A stretch of 64,000 bases of DNA from an uncultured virus (IMG/VR IMGVR_UViG_3300030616_000579) (lineage: Duplodnaviria > Heunggongvirae > Uroviricota > Caudoviricetes), in the IMG/VR virus record IMGVR_UViG_3300030616_000579; one strand, 5' to 3'. The notes below the pieces were generated by a model, which saw nothing but the letters and a program-made list of their open reading frames with translations, was not told where the DNA came from and did not search any database. Positions 27,989-36,172 of this stretch are shown here, piece after piece (within the stretch, counting starts at the first letter, position 1; the number at the start of each line of letters is the position of its first letter). Both the position numbers and the translations under genes were made by a program.

Positions 27989-30900
27989 TTACGTTCTGTT
28001 AGCCCATACAAGAGACACATCAGTGGCAGTAATGTCTCCTGATGCATCTACATCATATATCCCATCATACGATTGTTCACCTGTTCTATGGTTCCAAACA
28101 GTTATTACATCCGTTGCAGTAACATCAGATGTGTTTTTGACATCATATCGAGAACCCGTTGTTGTATAATTGTATGTATAATTCAACCACAAAACACCAT
28201 TTGTTGCATTGATACTCCAGTTATAACTCGTGTCTCCCCAGATGAATTGATTTGCATAACTTGATAATGTTGCAATCGTAACTTCATATCGTCCTGAACT
28301 AACACCAGACCAACTTCCAACCTCCTCCCAGGTTCCTGTAACTGATGATGTTTTATTCAATGCATAGAAGTAGATATCAAGAGATGAACCATTAATTAAT
28401 GCACTAATATTAACTGGTGGTCGTGCTACAGAAGATGTTGTATTATATGGATATTCACAACAGATAGTAAAGTCTCCTTGGGTCATAGCAGATGCAGTAT
28501 CATTTTGTAATGAATAGTTTCCATCTGTGTCGTTCCATCCCCAGATAGCATAGTAGTATGTTGTAAAATTCTCCAATTCAGTATCATTGTAATAGAGGTT
28601 TGTACCATTATATATCTCTGTTCCGTTAAATGGTGTCAGTGGATAATTAGTCCACCCTGATACATTCCTAAGTAATACATATGTATCACAACCATCTCCT
28701 TCTGTCCATGTAAGATTGATAACTGAATTGTTATATGCACTTGCAGAAAGATTACTTGGGGCTAGGATTGAATAATTAAATGTCCACCAAGATGACCAAT
28801 TTCCCCACGTATAGTTTGCTATTGTAAAGGAATATGTTTCATTTGTCCAGTGACCAGATGAATCATTAACCTTAACTTGCCACCAATATGTTACCTCTGA
28901 TGTATTTGCCCATGTTGCTCTCTGTTGATATGTTCCATTTGTCAACGTTGAGTTGAATGCAATATCAGTCCACACACCAGAATAGTTTGATGCCCATGTA
29001 ATGTTGAATTTCTCTCCTTGTGTTTCTGTTACAGTAATATTGAGAGTTGGGTATACTGATACTCCTGTTGCCTCATCTGATGGTTGTGGGTTTGATACTG
29101 TTGGATTCTCTGATTGAACATTTATTTGACCAGAAAACGACAAAGTTTCCCATGTCATATTTGGATTGTTCTGCACTGTAAAGGTAAACGTTTCATTTGT
29201 TGTTGAGTTTCCATCTGATGCATTAACAAAAATTGTATATGTCTGTTCATAGGATAAATTACTACCCATATCAATCCATTTACTACCGTTGTCATCATTG
29301 TTTGATGAATTTGACCCAACGTCTGGATATGATTCTATTGACCAATCAAACGTATTCCCATTCTCATCATTAATAGTGATGTTCCACATATCTGTTGTCT
29401 TAACTACATTGGTTGATTCGTTTGCTGGATTTGGATTTGAAAAATCTGGTGCGGTGTTGTTACCTGTCATAAAGTAATAGGTTGCATTAGTTGAATTTAC
29501 CTCAGCGACTTCTGATGCATTCACCCATACTGTGTACATCGTACCATATGATAAGTTCCCTGCAATGTTTACCTCTTTTGACCCATTAGAGTCTGATGTC
29601 AACGAGTTGTTACCAACGGCAGTATCAATACTCCAATTGAAGAGATTTGCATTCGGTGATTCTATAGTTACATTCCATGTTGTAGTAGAAATAGATACCT
29701 CATATGAGTTGTTAGCAGGATTTGGTGATAAAAACACAACAACAAGCCCTTGATATGTTTCATAATCACTTGTGTTTCCATCACTCCACTGAGCAACAGC
29801 AGGTTCACCCCAATTTGCATACTCCCACACTCGATAATAATATGTTTCTCCAATGGTCAACCCAACGTGTTCATAGTAATCATTTGCACCACTGTAGATA
29901 TTTGTTCCATTACTTCTATCAACTGGAATGTTGTACTCATTCACAACAAGATAACTAAGGTTGGCACCATCACCGTGAGACCAGGTTATGTTAAACCCTA
30001 AATCTGTTTCTGATATAGACATACCACTAGCAGGTTGTGGTTTGGTAATAAAGTATGTTGAATTCCAGGATGCATTCCATCCATTTGAATTGTTTGCAAT
30101 AGTTCTAGCATAATAGAACGTACCACTGTCTAAACCAGTGATATTTAATGAGAACTCTGTGTTTTGCGGTTGAATCCCCGCAGATGTGTTTCCTGTTGGT
30201 GTCGAAAAATCATTAGTATACTTATTGTATTCAAAATACACTGTTGAATCCTCAGAATCATTGTTCTGCATGTATCCCAACATTGTAACATTTGTTTCTT
30301 CGATGCCAACTGTTCCATTAATCGTTACATTTAGTTCGCCACCTGTCATTGTAAACCAGTACACTGCTCGTGAAAAGTTTGCACTATTTATTTCAGTTGC
30401 ATTAACAAACACTGTATATGTTGTACTATAACTCATATTCCCTGCAATACCAATAGAGTAACTTCCATTCCCTACATTATCTGATGAATTACCTCCAATC
30501 AATGGCACTGTTTCTATTGTCCAATTAAAGTTGTCACCTTCTCCATCCTCTATAGTAACATTCCATGTTTCTAAAGACATACTGTTACCAGTAGACTGAT
30601 TAGCTGGATTAGGGTTTGATATTACAGGGCCAACTTGTTTCTCTGTTGAAAACCAATATACAGCATTTGCAGTATTACTTTGATTATCTGTCGCATTCAC
30701 CATTACGTAATATGTTGTATCATATGTCAATCCAGATATGGTTACACTCTTCGACCCATCAGTATCATCAGTTAAACTATTATTTCCAACATTAGGTGAC
30801 GTATCTATAGACCAATTAAATGCATCTTCATCTCCATCATTTATCGTTACATTCCATGTTGTTGTGTCAATAGAAACTCCTGTTGATTCATTTGAAGGAG

Positions 30901-31123
30901 ATGGATTAACAAACGTTGGAGCATTGTTTTGTGTTATATTTGCTTGTCCACTAAAATTTAGTGTTGTATATGCATGAAAAATTCTCTGTCCTGTAACATT
31001 TGATTGGCCAGAAAATGATAACGTACTATATATTCCAAAACCAGCTTGAACAGTATATCCACTCATAATTGAAGATAGGCATACAAGACACACAATTGTC
31101 AGTGCTGTTTTTTTCATCAGCAT
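27989..31123 (-). CDS. Secreted Ig/FN3-repeat glycoprotein with C-terminal dockerin
   Basis: Repeated NPxPxNxS..WNVTIxD..FNWSI modules, FN3 motifs and the dockerin YDVKNTSDVTATD...YDVDASGDITATD. Confidence 0.8.
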   Translation of the reverse strand: MLMKKTALTIVCLVCLSSIMSGYTVQAGFGIYSTLSFSGQSNVTGQRIFHAYTTLNFSGQANITQNNAPTFVNPSPSNESTGVSIDTTTWNVTINDGDEDAFNWSIDTSPNVGNNSLTDDTDGSKSVTISGLTYDTTYYVMVNATDNQSNTANAVYWFSTEKQVGPVISNPNPANQSTGNSMSLETWNVTIEDGEGDNFNWTIETVPLIGGNSSDNVGNGSYSIGIAGNMSYSTTYTVFVNATEINSANFSRAVYWFTMTGGELNVTINGTVGIEETNVTMLGYMQNNDSEDSTVYFEYNKYTNDFSTPTGNTSAGIQPQNTEFSLNITGLDSGTFYYARTIANNSNGWNASWNSTYFITKPQPASGMSISETDLGFNITWSHGDGANLSYLVVNEYNIPVDRSNGTNIYSGANDYYEHVGLTIGETYYYRVWEYANWGEPAVAQWSDGNTSDYETYQGLVVVFLSPNPANNSYEVSISTTTWNVTIESPNANLFNWSIDTAVGNNSLTSDSNGSKEVNIAGNLSYGTMYTVWVNASEVAEVNSTNATYYFMTGNNTAPDFSNPNPANESTNVVKTTDMWNITINDENGNTFDWSIESYPDVGSNSSNNDDNGSKWIDMGSNLSYEQTYTIFVNASDGNSTTNETFTFTVQNNPNMTWETLSFSGQINVQSENPTVSNPQPSDEATGVSVYPTLNITVTETQGEKFNITWASNYSGVWTDIAFNSTLTNGTYQQRATWANTSEVTYWWQVKVNDSSGHWTNETYSFTIANYTWGNWSSWWTFNYSILAPSNLSASAYNNSVINLTWTEGDGCDTYVLLRNVSGWTNYPLTPFNGTEIYNGTNLYYNDTELENFTTYYYAIWGWNDTDGNYSLQNDTASAMTQGDFTICCEYPYNTTSSVARPPVNISALINGSSLDIYFYALNKTSSVTGTWEEVGSWSGVSSGRYEVTIATLSSYANQFIWGDTSYNWSINATNGVLWLNYTYNYTTTGSRYDVKNTSDVTATDVITVWNHRTGEQSYDGIYDVDASGDITATDVSLVWANRT

Positions 31124-31144
31124 CCTATCCTATTTTCATCTCCG

Positions 31145-32761
31145 TTATTCCGTCACATAACCTATATACACATACCACGCATCAGAATTATAGTACATAT
31201 CACTAGGATTAGCTGTTGGAATATCTAATCTAAATCGACAATAGATACTAGCATTTTTATCTGTCAGACCAGCTCCTGCAAACGGTGATGTTCCATACAT
31301 TCCATTTGCTTCTGTCCATGTTGTTTGATTGATGGTAACATTACTTCCACCATCAGTAAATGTTGATACATTACCTGTACCTCCACCATCCCACGTTGTG
31401 TTATCACTACTGAACATAACACTAATGTTGCTAGCATTTATCCAATAATCAGTATCGTTTGTATCACCAACCCACACTCGGATTTCAGTAACATTATCTG
31501 AGTCACTGATAACCATACTAATATTCATTGTTTCATAAACAGTTCCACTTGAATTACACCATACACTCGTACCTGATGTTCCACTCCAAGTCAACGTATT
31601 GCCAACCAATCCCACTAATTGAAATGATGACTGTCCTTGTGATGATTCAGTTGAAAAAGATATAAACTCTCCAAGGTTAAGTGATTCGTTTACTGTATCA
31701 AATGATGCATCCATCCAACTTTCGTTTCTTGAAATGTTACTAACTCTAAACTCATCAATGATTCCTGTCCATTCATGGCTACCAGAAGCATAACAACCAA
31801 TTGTACAATTCCAATGTTCTTCTCCGTTCATTCCATCTGCAGCTAGTGTTGTACCTAATGTTTTGTTTAAAGATACATTAATGTAATCACCATCAAATGT
31901 TCCTGATAGTCGTTGCCATCCTAGTTCCATCATTGGATATGTTATAGCATCATAGTTGTTAGCATCTTTATCTGTTCTCATAAAAAGAGATGAGTTATCT
32001 ACAAACCATATACCACCAAATTGTTCTGCGTTGGCTCCACCATTCCATCCATAAAACATTGTCTGTCTATGTCCTGCATTTTCTGTACTTCCCCATCCTT
32101 CATATGTCACAAGGTCAGTATCAGCTATTTGTCCTCCAAAACCTACCCCATCATAAGTCATATTAATAAAATCAGAGGTTCCTGGAAAATCCTGAGCATA
32201 TCCATGCAACCCTTCACATTCAACAACATCACCAATTTTCAATCCATGATTTTGATTTAATGTTGAATCATAAATATAATCACCACTTCCATTCATATGT
32301 GAAACAAATACAAAGTATTCATCCCAAACCTGTTGTGGTAAATAATCAGATGCAGTTCCCCCAGATGTATTATAGTACATATTAAAATGAGTGTCAGCAG
32401 TATTAGATATACTAGTAACATTAACCCATATGCCAATTTCCCCTGATGTTGCATTCAACACTTCTATTTCATGTGGAAATCGAGTAAGATTTGAGTAATC
32501 AACAAAAGCCACATCATCTATATCCACAAAATCACTTGAGATATTGTGAACCCAAACGGGAAAGTTTTCTAAAGATGTTGATATATAATCTGATTCAATT
32601 GTAAGACATTTGTATTTTGTGTAACCACCGTATGATGCCTGAACAACAGTGTCGCCTTTGAAAATAAAACTTGGTATTGTAAACATAGAAAAAACTATGA
32701 GCAACACAATAATCAAAGACAACCCACTTTTTTGTTTTTTTATTTTTTCATATGGAGACAT
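31145..32761 (-). CDS. Secreted DUF2341 + LamG (concanavalin-like) protein
   Basis: NFPVWV..PHEIE..IWVNV and GIIDEFRVSNISR motifs; GAGGTG RBS. Confidence 0.75.
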   Translation of the reverse strand: MSPYEKIKKQKSGLSLIIVLLIVFSMFTIPSFIFKGDTVVQASYGGYTKYKCLTIESDYISTSLENFPVWVHNISSDFVDIDDVAFVDYSNLTRFPHEIEVLNATSGEIGIWVNVTSISNTADTHFNMYYNTSGGTASDYLPQQVWDEYFVFVSHMNGSGDYIYDSTLNQNHGLKIGDVVECEGLHGYAQDFPGTSDFINMTYDGVGFGGQIADTDLVTYEGWGSTENAGHRQTMFYGWNGGANAEQFGGIWFVDNSSLFMRTDKDANNYDAITYPMMELGWQRLSGTFDGDYINVSLNKTLGTTLAADGMNGEEHWNCTIGCYASGSHEWTGIIDEFRVSNISRNESWMDASFDTVNESLNLGEFISFSTESSQGQSSFQLVGLVGNTLTWSGTSGTSVWCNSSGTVYETMNISMVISDSDNVTEIRVWVGDTNDTDYWINASNISVMFSSDNTTWDGGGTGNVSTFTDGGSNVTINQTTWTEANGMYGTSPFAGAGLTDKNASIYCRFRLDIPTANPSDMYYNSDAWYVYIGYVTE

Positions 32762-32857
32762 AATTCACCTCTTTCTATCATTAAAAATATAATAAATCTC
32801 AACCTAGTTGTTATTAAGTCTGTCATAGCCACTTCATCCTCTCCTCCAGAATGAAAA

Positions 32858-33151
32858 CTATCCTTGCATTCCACCAGGTTGCACTACCACTTGGTTTCTT
32901 GTCAACTCCCAATATGTTGACGAAACAGCAACCCAAGCTATACCATTGTATTGTTCTACAGTTTTGACAGACTCTGGAAAATATCTTAAAGTAAATGTAT
33001 TTGCAACTGATGGATTCGTCACATTAAATGACTGCACTTGCTCTTTTGTAAAACCAATTTCAGATGTCGTAATAAAAAATGCAAAAACACCGACAGCTAA
33101 AACAATCATTGCCACTGTTACAGATATAATCATAGTGGGCATTTCTTCCAT
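32858..33151 (-). CDS. Minor capsid-like protein: MCP helix 1 plus a small beta domain
   Basis: IVLAVGVFAFFITT matches IILAVGVFAFFITI of the MCPs; there is no second helix. Confidence 0.65.
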   Translation of the reverse strand: MEEMPTMIISVTVAMIVLAVGVFAFFITTSEIGFTKEQVQSFNVTNPSVANTFTLRYFPESVKTVEQYNGIAWVAVSSTYWELTRNQVVVQPGGMQG

Positions 33152-33169
33152 TATTTCTTCCTCCTATAT

Positions 33170-33202
33170 AAAAATTAAAAGGAGATACTGAAATATATCT
33201 CC
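33170..33202 (-). terminator. Hairpin plus T-tract after the capsid genes
   Basis: GGAGATA-N8-TATCTCC (33181-33202) followed on the minus strand by TTTTAATTTTT. Confidence 0.45.
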
Positions 33203-33224
33203 AAGAAAGGTACTGCAACCAAGT

Positions 33225-33506
33225 TTATCGCACATAGTTATAAACAAGACCAACAATCGACATAATTGCACCGATAATCAACACGATTCCAATGATATTG
33301 AAAACGCTATTACCAGTTGTTGACGTATTGTTGACAGCTGCATGTGCAATAGAGTTCGACTGGTTACCGTATGGCCCGATTGCAGGGTTGATTTGTCCTA
33401 TGGTTACAAAGAACGCAAAGACACCTACTGCAAGAATAATGAGACTAACTACAACTCCCATTATTGCTCCTGGGTCAATGAATCCATATTGTGTTTTCAT
33501 AGTCAA
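33225..33506 (-). CDS. Putative major capsid protein 2 (spindle-shaped-virus-type helix hairpin)
   Basis: Two long hydrophobic helices separated by a loop with N-glycosylation sequons (NQS, NNT); paralog of the adjacent gene. Confidence 0.7.
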   Translation of the reverse strand: MTMKTQYGFIDPGAIMGVVVSLIILAVGVFAFFVTIGQINPAIGPYGNQSNSIAHAAVNNTSTTGNSVFNIIGIVLIIGAIMSIVGLVYNYVR

Positions 33507-33512
33507 TCACCC

Positions 33513-33770
33513 TTATCGTACGTAGTTGTAAACAAGGCCAACGATAGACATAATGGCTCCAATGATTAACACAATACCAATTATGTTAAACACAGAGTTA
33601 CCAGTACTTGATGTGTTGTTGATTGCTCCCCATGCTACTGGGTCTGATGCGCTTGTTGGAATTTCACCGATGGTGATGAAGAAAGCGAAGACACCGACAG
33701 CAAGGATAATCAATGAAACAACGACACCCATGATTGCACCTGGGTCTATGAAACCAAATGTTGCTTTCAT
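33513..33770 (-). CDS. Putative major capsid protein 1 (spindle-shaped-virus-type helix hairpin)
   Basis: 85 aa, two hydrophobic helices, NNT sequon, its own promoter and a GGAGGT RBS. Confidence 0.7.
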   Translation of the reverse strand: MKATFGFIDPGAIMGVVVSLIILAVGVFAFFITIGEIPTSASDPVAWGAINNTSSTGNSVFNIIGIVLIIGAIMSIVGLVYNYVR

Positions 33771-33819
33771 TACCTTTTTACCTCCTTTTAATTCTAAGTA
33801 ACCTGTATTATCATATCTG

Positions 33820-33836
33820 AAATATAAAGTTTTTAG
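33820..33836 (-). promoter_or_regulatory. BRE/TATA promoter of the capsid genes
   Basis: Minus strand AAAAAC-TTTATAT about 50 nt upstream of the ATG. Confidence 0.55.
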
Positions 33837-33914
33837 GGGTAATATAGATTATATAAGTAATAATCGCCCAGGAGAAACACAATAAAGAAAAAATATATAA
33901 TTATCTTTGGCAAA

Positions 33915-34187
33915 CTATTTTTTATTGTTGGGTTCAAATTTAAATGATGATTTCGATGTTCGCACAATATGATATCCTGGTTTTACAGCAATAATTTTGC
34001 CACTCGGAGTATCTGCAAAATAAATATACTTATCACGAAACTCACGCATTCTCCGTGAAAAGATTCGTTTTGAATCCTCATCACAGATGTCACATACATT
34101 GTATTGTTCTAAATCATTAACTATTCTATCTAATCCTAATTGAATCCGTGGTGAAAAACTCATCTTTTTATATCGTACTCCACTCAT
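33915..34187 (-). CDS. Hypothetical protein (CxxC)
   Basis: Likely start MSGVR, with ATGA overlap to the upstream gene. Confidence 0.55.
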   Translation of the reverse strand: MSGVRYKKMSFSPRIQLGLDRIVNDLEQYNVCDICDEDSKRIFSRRMREFRDKYIYFADTPSGKIIAVKPGYHIVRTSKSSFKFEPNNKK

Positions 34188-34453
34188 GGTATCTTCTTTC
34201 GTCTCCACTCTATATCAAAATACAGTGTTAATAACCATATGATATTTGCAAATATGAATGCAAGACAGAATGCAGATAACGCTAGTTCACTATAGTCAGT
34301 ATCTGTTGGAACCTCCACATATAGAGCATTTATCATCACAATAACCCATAACATCAAAGACATAAATGCATAGACAATGCTTTCTCTTTCAATACCTAAA
34401 ACAAATGTTACAAACGCAACTGCAGATATAAAAATAAATACACTTTCTAACAC
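34184..34453 (-). CDS. Small 3-TM membrane protein
   Basis: GTG start after GGAGG; hydropathy. Confidence 0.7.
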   Translation of the reverse strand: MLESVFIFISAVAFVTFVLGIERESIVYAFMSLMLWVIVMINALYVEVPTDTDYSELALSAFCLAFIFANIIWLLTLYFDIEWRRKKIP

Positions 34454-34454
34454 T

Positions 34455-35351
34455 TTATTTCCTCCTTACAAAAACAAATGATAATACTGAAAATACAATA
34501 ATCAAACCAATAAGCCAAGAATCATCCCTTATATAATCAGTATCATCTATTACCTCAATGATTTCATCTAATCCACAAGGACAATCTGATATATTTTCTA
34601 CTGTTGTAAAATTAAAAACTTGACTAATGTTGTAATCTCCTGATACTGTATCAGTTATGTTAACGTACCAATGATATGATTCATTATATTTCATTGGATA
34701 ATAGATATCATCTATATGTCCATCTAAACAAAAACAGTATGTACCATTTGATACTTCAACATATCTATTTACAACATAGAATGTCTCATTCATAGTATCA
34801 TTTCTGTAAAAAGTTAAGTTCATACTATGACCTTCAACATTTGCAATCCCTAAACACATTGCTGATGCACAAGGACAAATGTTTGTATCATTCCAAGGTG
34901 GATAGATATAAAATAGAGGGCAATCTTCTGGAAGAAACCACAGATATGCTCTTTCCTGATAGTCGTATTGACCACCACATGTAAAGTTACCAACAACCAT
35001 CCAATGAGAATATTCTGTAAACCAATTCTCTGTTGCACATGATATATTTGGATTCCAAAAACATACTGTTGTGTTTGTTGTTATACCACTAGTGTTACCA
35101 TAAAATTCCCATTGACCCCAATCTCCCTCTGAATAGTTAAACCACCAAAACGTTACGTTTGCCACACATCCACTGTCAACAACAACATCGATACATGTTT
35201 GTACTCCTTTTGCAGTGATATCAACATCACGTTCACCATACCCTGGTGACGGGTTTTGTAAATGGTCTGTTGCACCTCCTCCTAAAGATTGTACTGAATA
35301 TGGAAAAAAAAGCAGTAACAAGCTGACCAGGAGTAGTACTATTTTTTTCAT
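34455..35351 (-). CDS. Secreted Cys-rich Ig-like glycoprotein with C-terminal TM anchor
   Basis: Signal peptide, sequons and C-terminal WLIGLIIVFSVLSFVFVRRK. Confidence 0.75.
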   Translation of the reverse strand: MKKIVLLLVSLLLLFFPYSVQSLGGGATDHLQNPSPGYGERDVDITAKGVQTCIDVVVDSGCVANVTFWWFNYSEGDWGQWEFYGNTSGITTNTTVCFWNPNISCATENWFTEYSHWMVVGNFTCGGQYDYQERAYLWFLPEDCPLFYIYPPWNDTNICPCASAMCLGIANVEGHSMNLTFYRNDTMNETFYVVNRYVEVSNGTYCFCLDGHIDDIYYPMKYNESYHWYVNITDTVSGDYNISQVFNFTTVENISDCPCGLDEIIEVIDDTDYIRDDSWLIGLIIVFSVLSFVFVRRK

Positions 35352-35393
35352 TGTTTTCCTTATCTTCTTTAGGTTATAAAGTAGTTTTTATTT

Positions 35394-35723
35394 TCATAGT
35401 TTAGATTCAACAAATGTTATGTACAGTATAGTTGCGATAATAAATGCAAGTAACAATCCGAAGATAGTTGCTAACCCGTTGGGAAAGATAATTGCCATAA
35501 AGATACCAACAAGAACCATATAGACAGCAGTTGTACCTAAACTCCTTTCATTTGCATAAACAGCTGCACCAATGAATCCAAAAATAACTCCCCAAGTGAT
35601 ATTTCCAAAGATAGAAACATATGGGTCAAATGCAACACGGAGTATACCATCTGATGTGAAGTTAGTAAAGTTGAAATCCAGTTGAGCAACAATTAATGGT
35701 ATGAGAACACTTAGACGTAAGAT
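35394..35723 (-). CDS. About 109-aa multi-TM protein lacking a canonical upstream start (not in ORF track)
   Basis: Open frame ..VLIPLIVAQLDFNFTNFTSDGILRVAFDPYVSIFGNITWGVIFGFIGAAVYANERSLGTTAVYMVLVGIFMAIIFPNGLATIFGLLLAFIIATILYITFVESKL*. GAGGTG lies 7 nt before an in-frame ATC. Confidence 0.6.
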   Translation of the reverse strand: MLRLSVLIPLIVAQLDFNFTNFTSDGILRVAFDPYVSIFGNITWGVIFGFIGAAVYANERSLGTTAVYMVLVGIFMAIIFPNGLATIFGLLLAFIIATILYITFVESKL

Positions 35724-36172
35724 TTGAAACCACCTCTTATCAATTGTAGTAATCCAACAGCAAAAACTACTCCAAGTATACCAATAAATATAAAGACCAA
35801 CATCATCAATGCAAGATTAGCTCCTCCTGTAGGCACTGAAGCTATATCCCAGAATATTGCTATTGCACTATATGCTATCCCCCAAAATGTTCCAGTGAAT
35901 ATACCATATGCAACACCTGAATCTGCAGGAACTCTTGTAAAATATGCCACTACTGCACCAGCTATCGCTCCTGTTACTAACCCAGTTAACGTTGCACCTA
36001 AGAATCTCCATGCAATAATATCACTCTCTCTTGGACTAACATCTCCTTCATAGTTCGTAACATCGTACTCTTCATCTACAGCAACACCTATGTTATAAAT
36101 ACTTAATGCCGAAATCATTGATACACTAAGATTAAACAACAACAAAAACATCATTATCTGATACGCCTTCAT
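35711..36172 (-). CDS. Multi-TM membrane protein
   Basis: ORF; several hydrophobic helices. Confidence 0.75.
   Translation of the reverse strand: MKAYQIMMFLLLFNLSVSMISALSIYNIGVAVDEEYDVTNYEGDVSPRESDIIAWRFLGATLTGLVTGAIAGAVVAYFTRVPADSGVAYGIFTGTFWGIAYSAIAIFWDIASVPTGGANLALMMLVFIFIGILGVVFAVGLLQLIRGGFKSYV

Noticed and set aside
11144..28150. Diversity-generating retroelement explaining the repeated C-termini
   Set aside because: There is no reverse transcriptase in the window, and all repeats are in-frame coding paralogs with no non-coding template copy.
33225..33770. Type IV pilin/archaellin or VirB2 interpretation of the small hydrophobic pair
   Set aside because: The G/F leader is suggestive, but there is a second long hydrophobic helix instead of a globular head, and no pilus assembly ATPase/TadC or T4SS genes are visible. 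A capsid hairpin fits better, though the alternative is not excluded.
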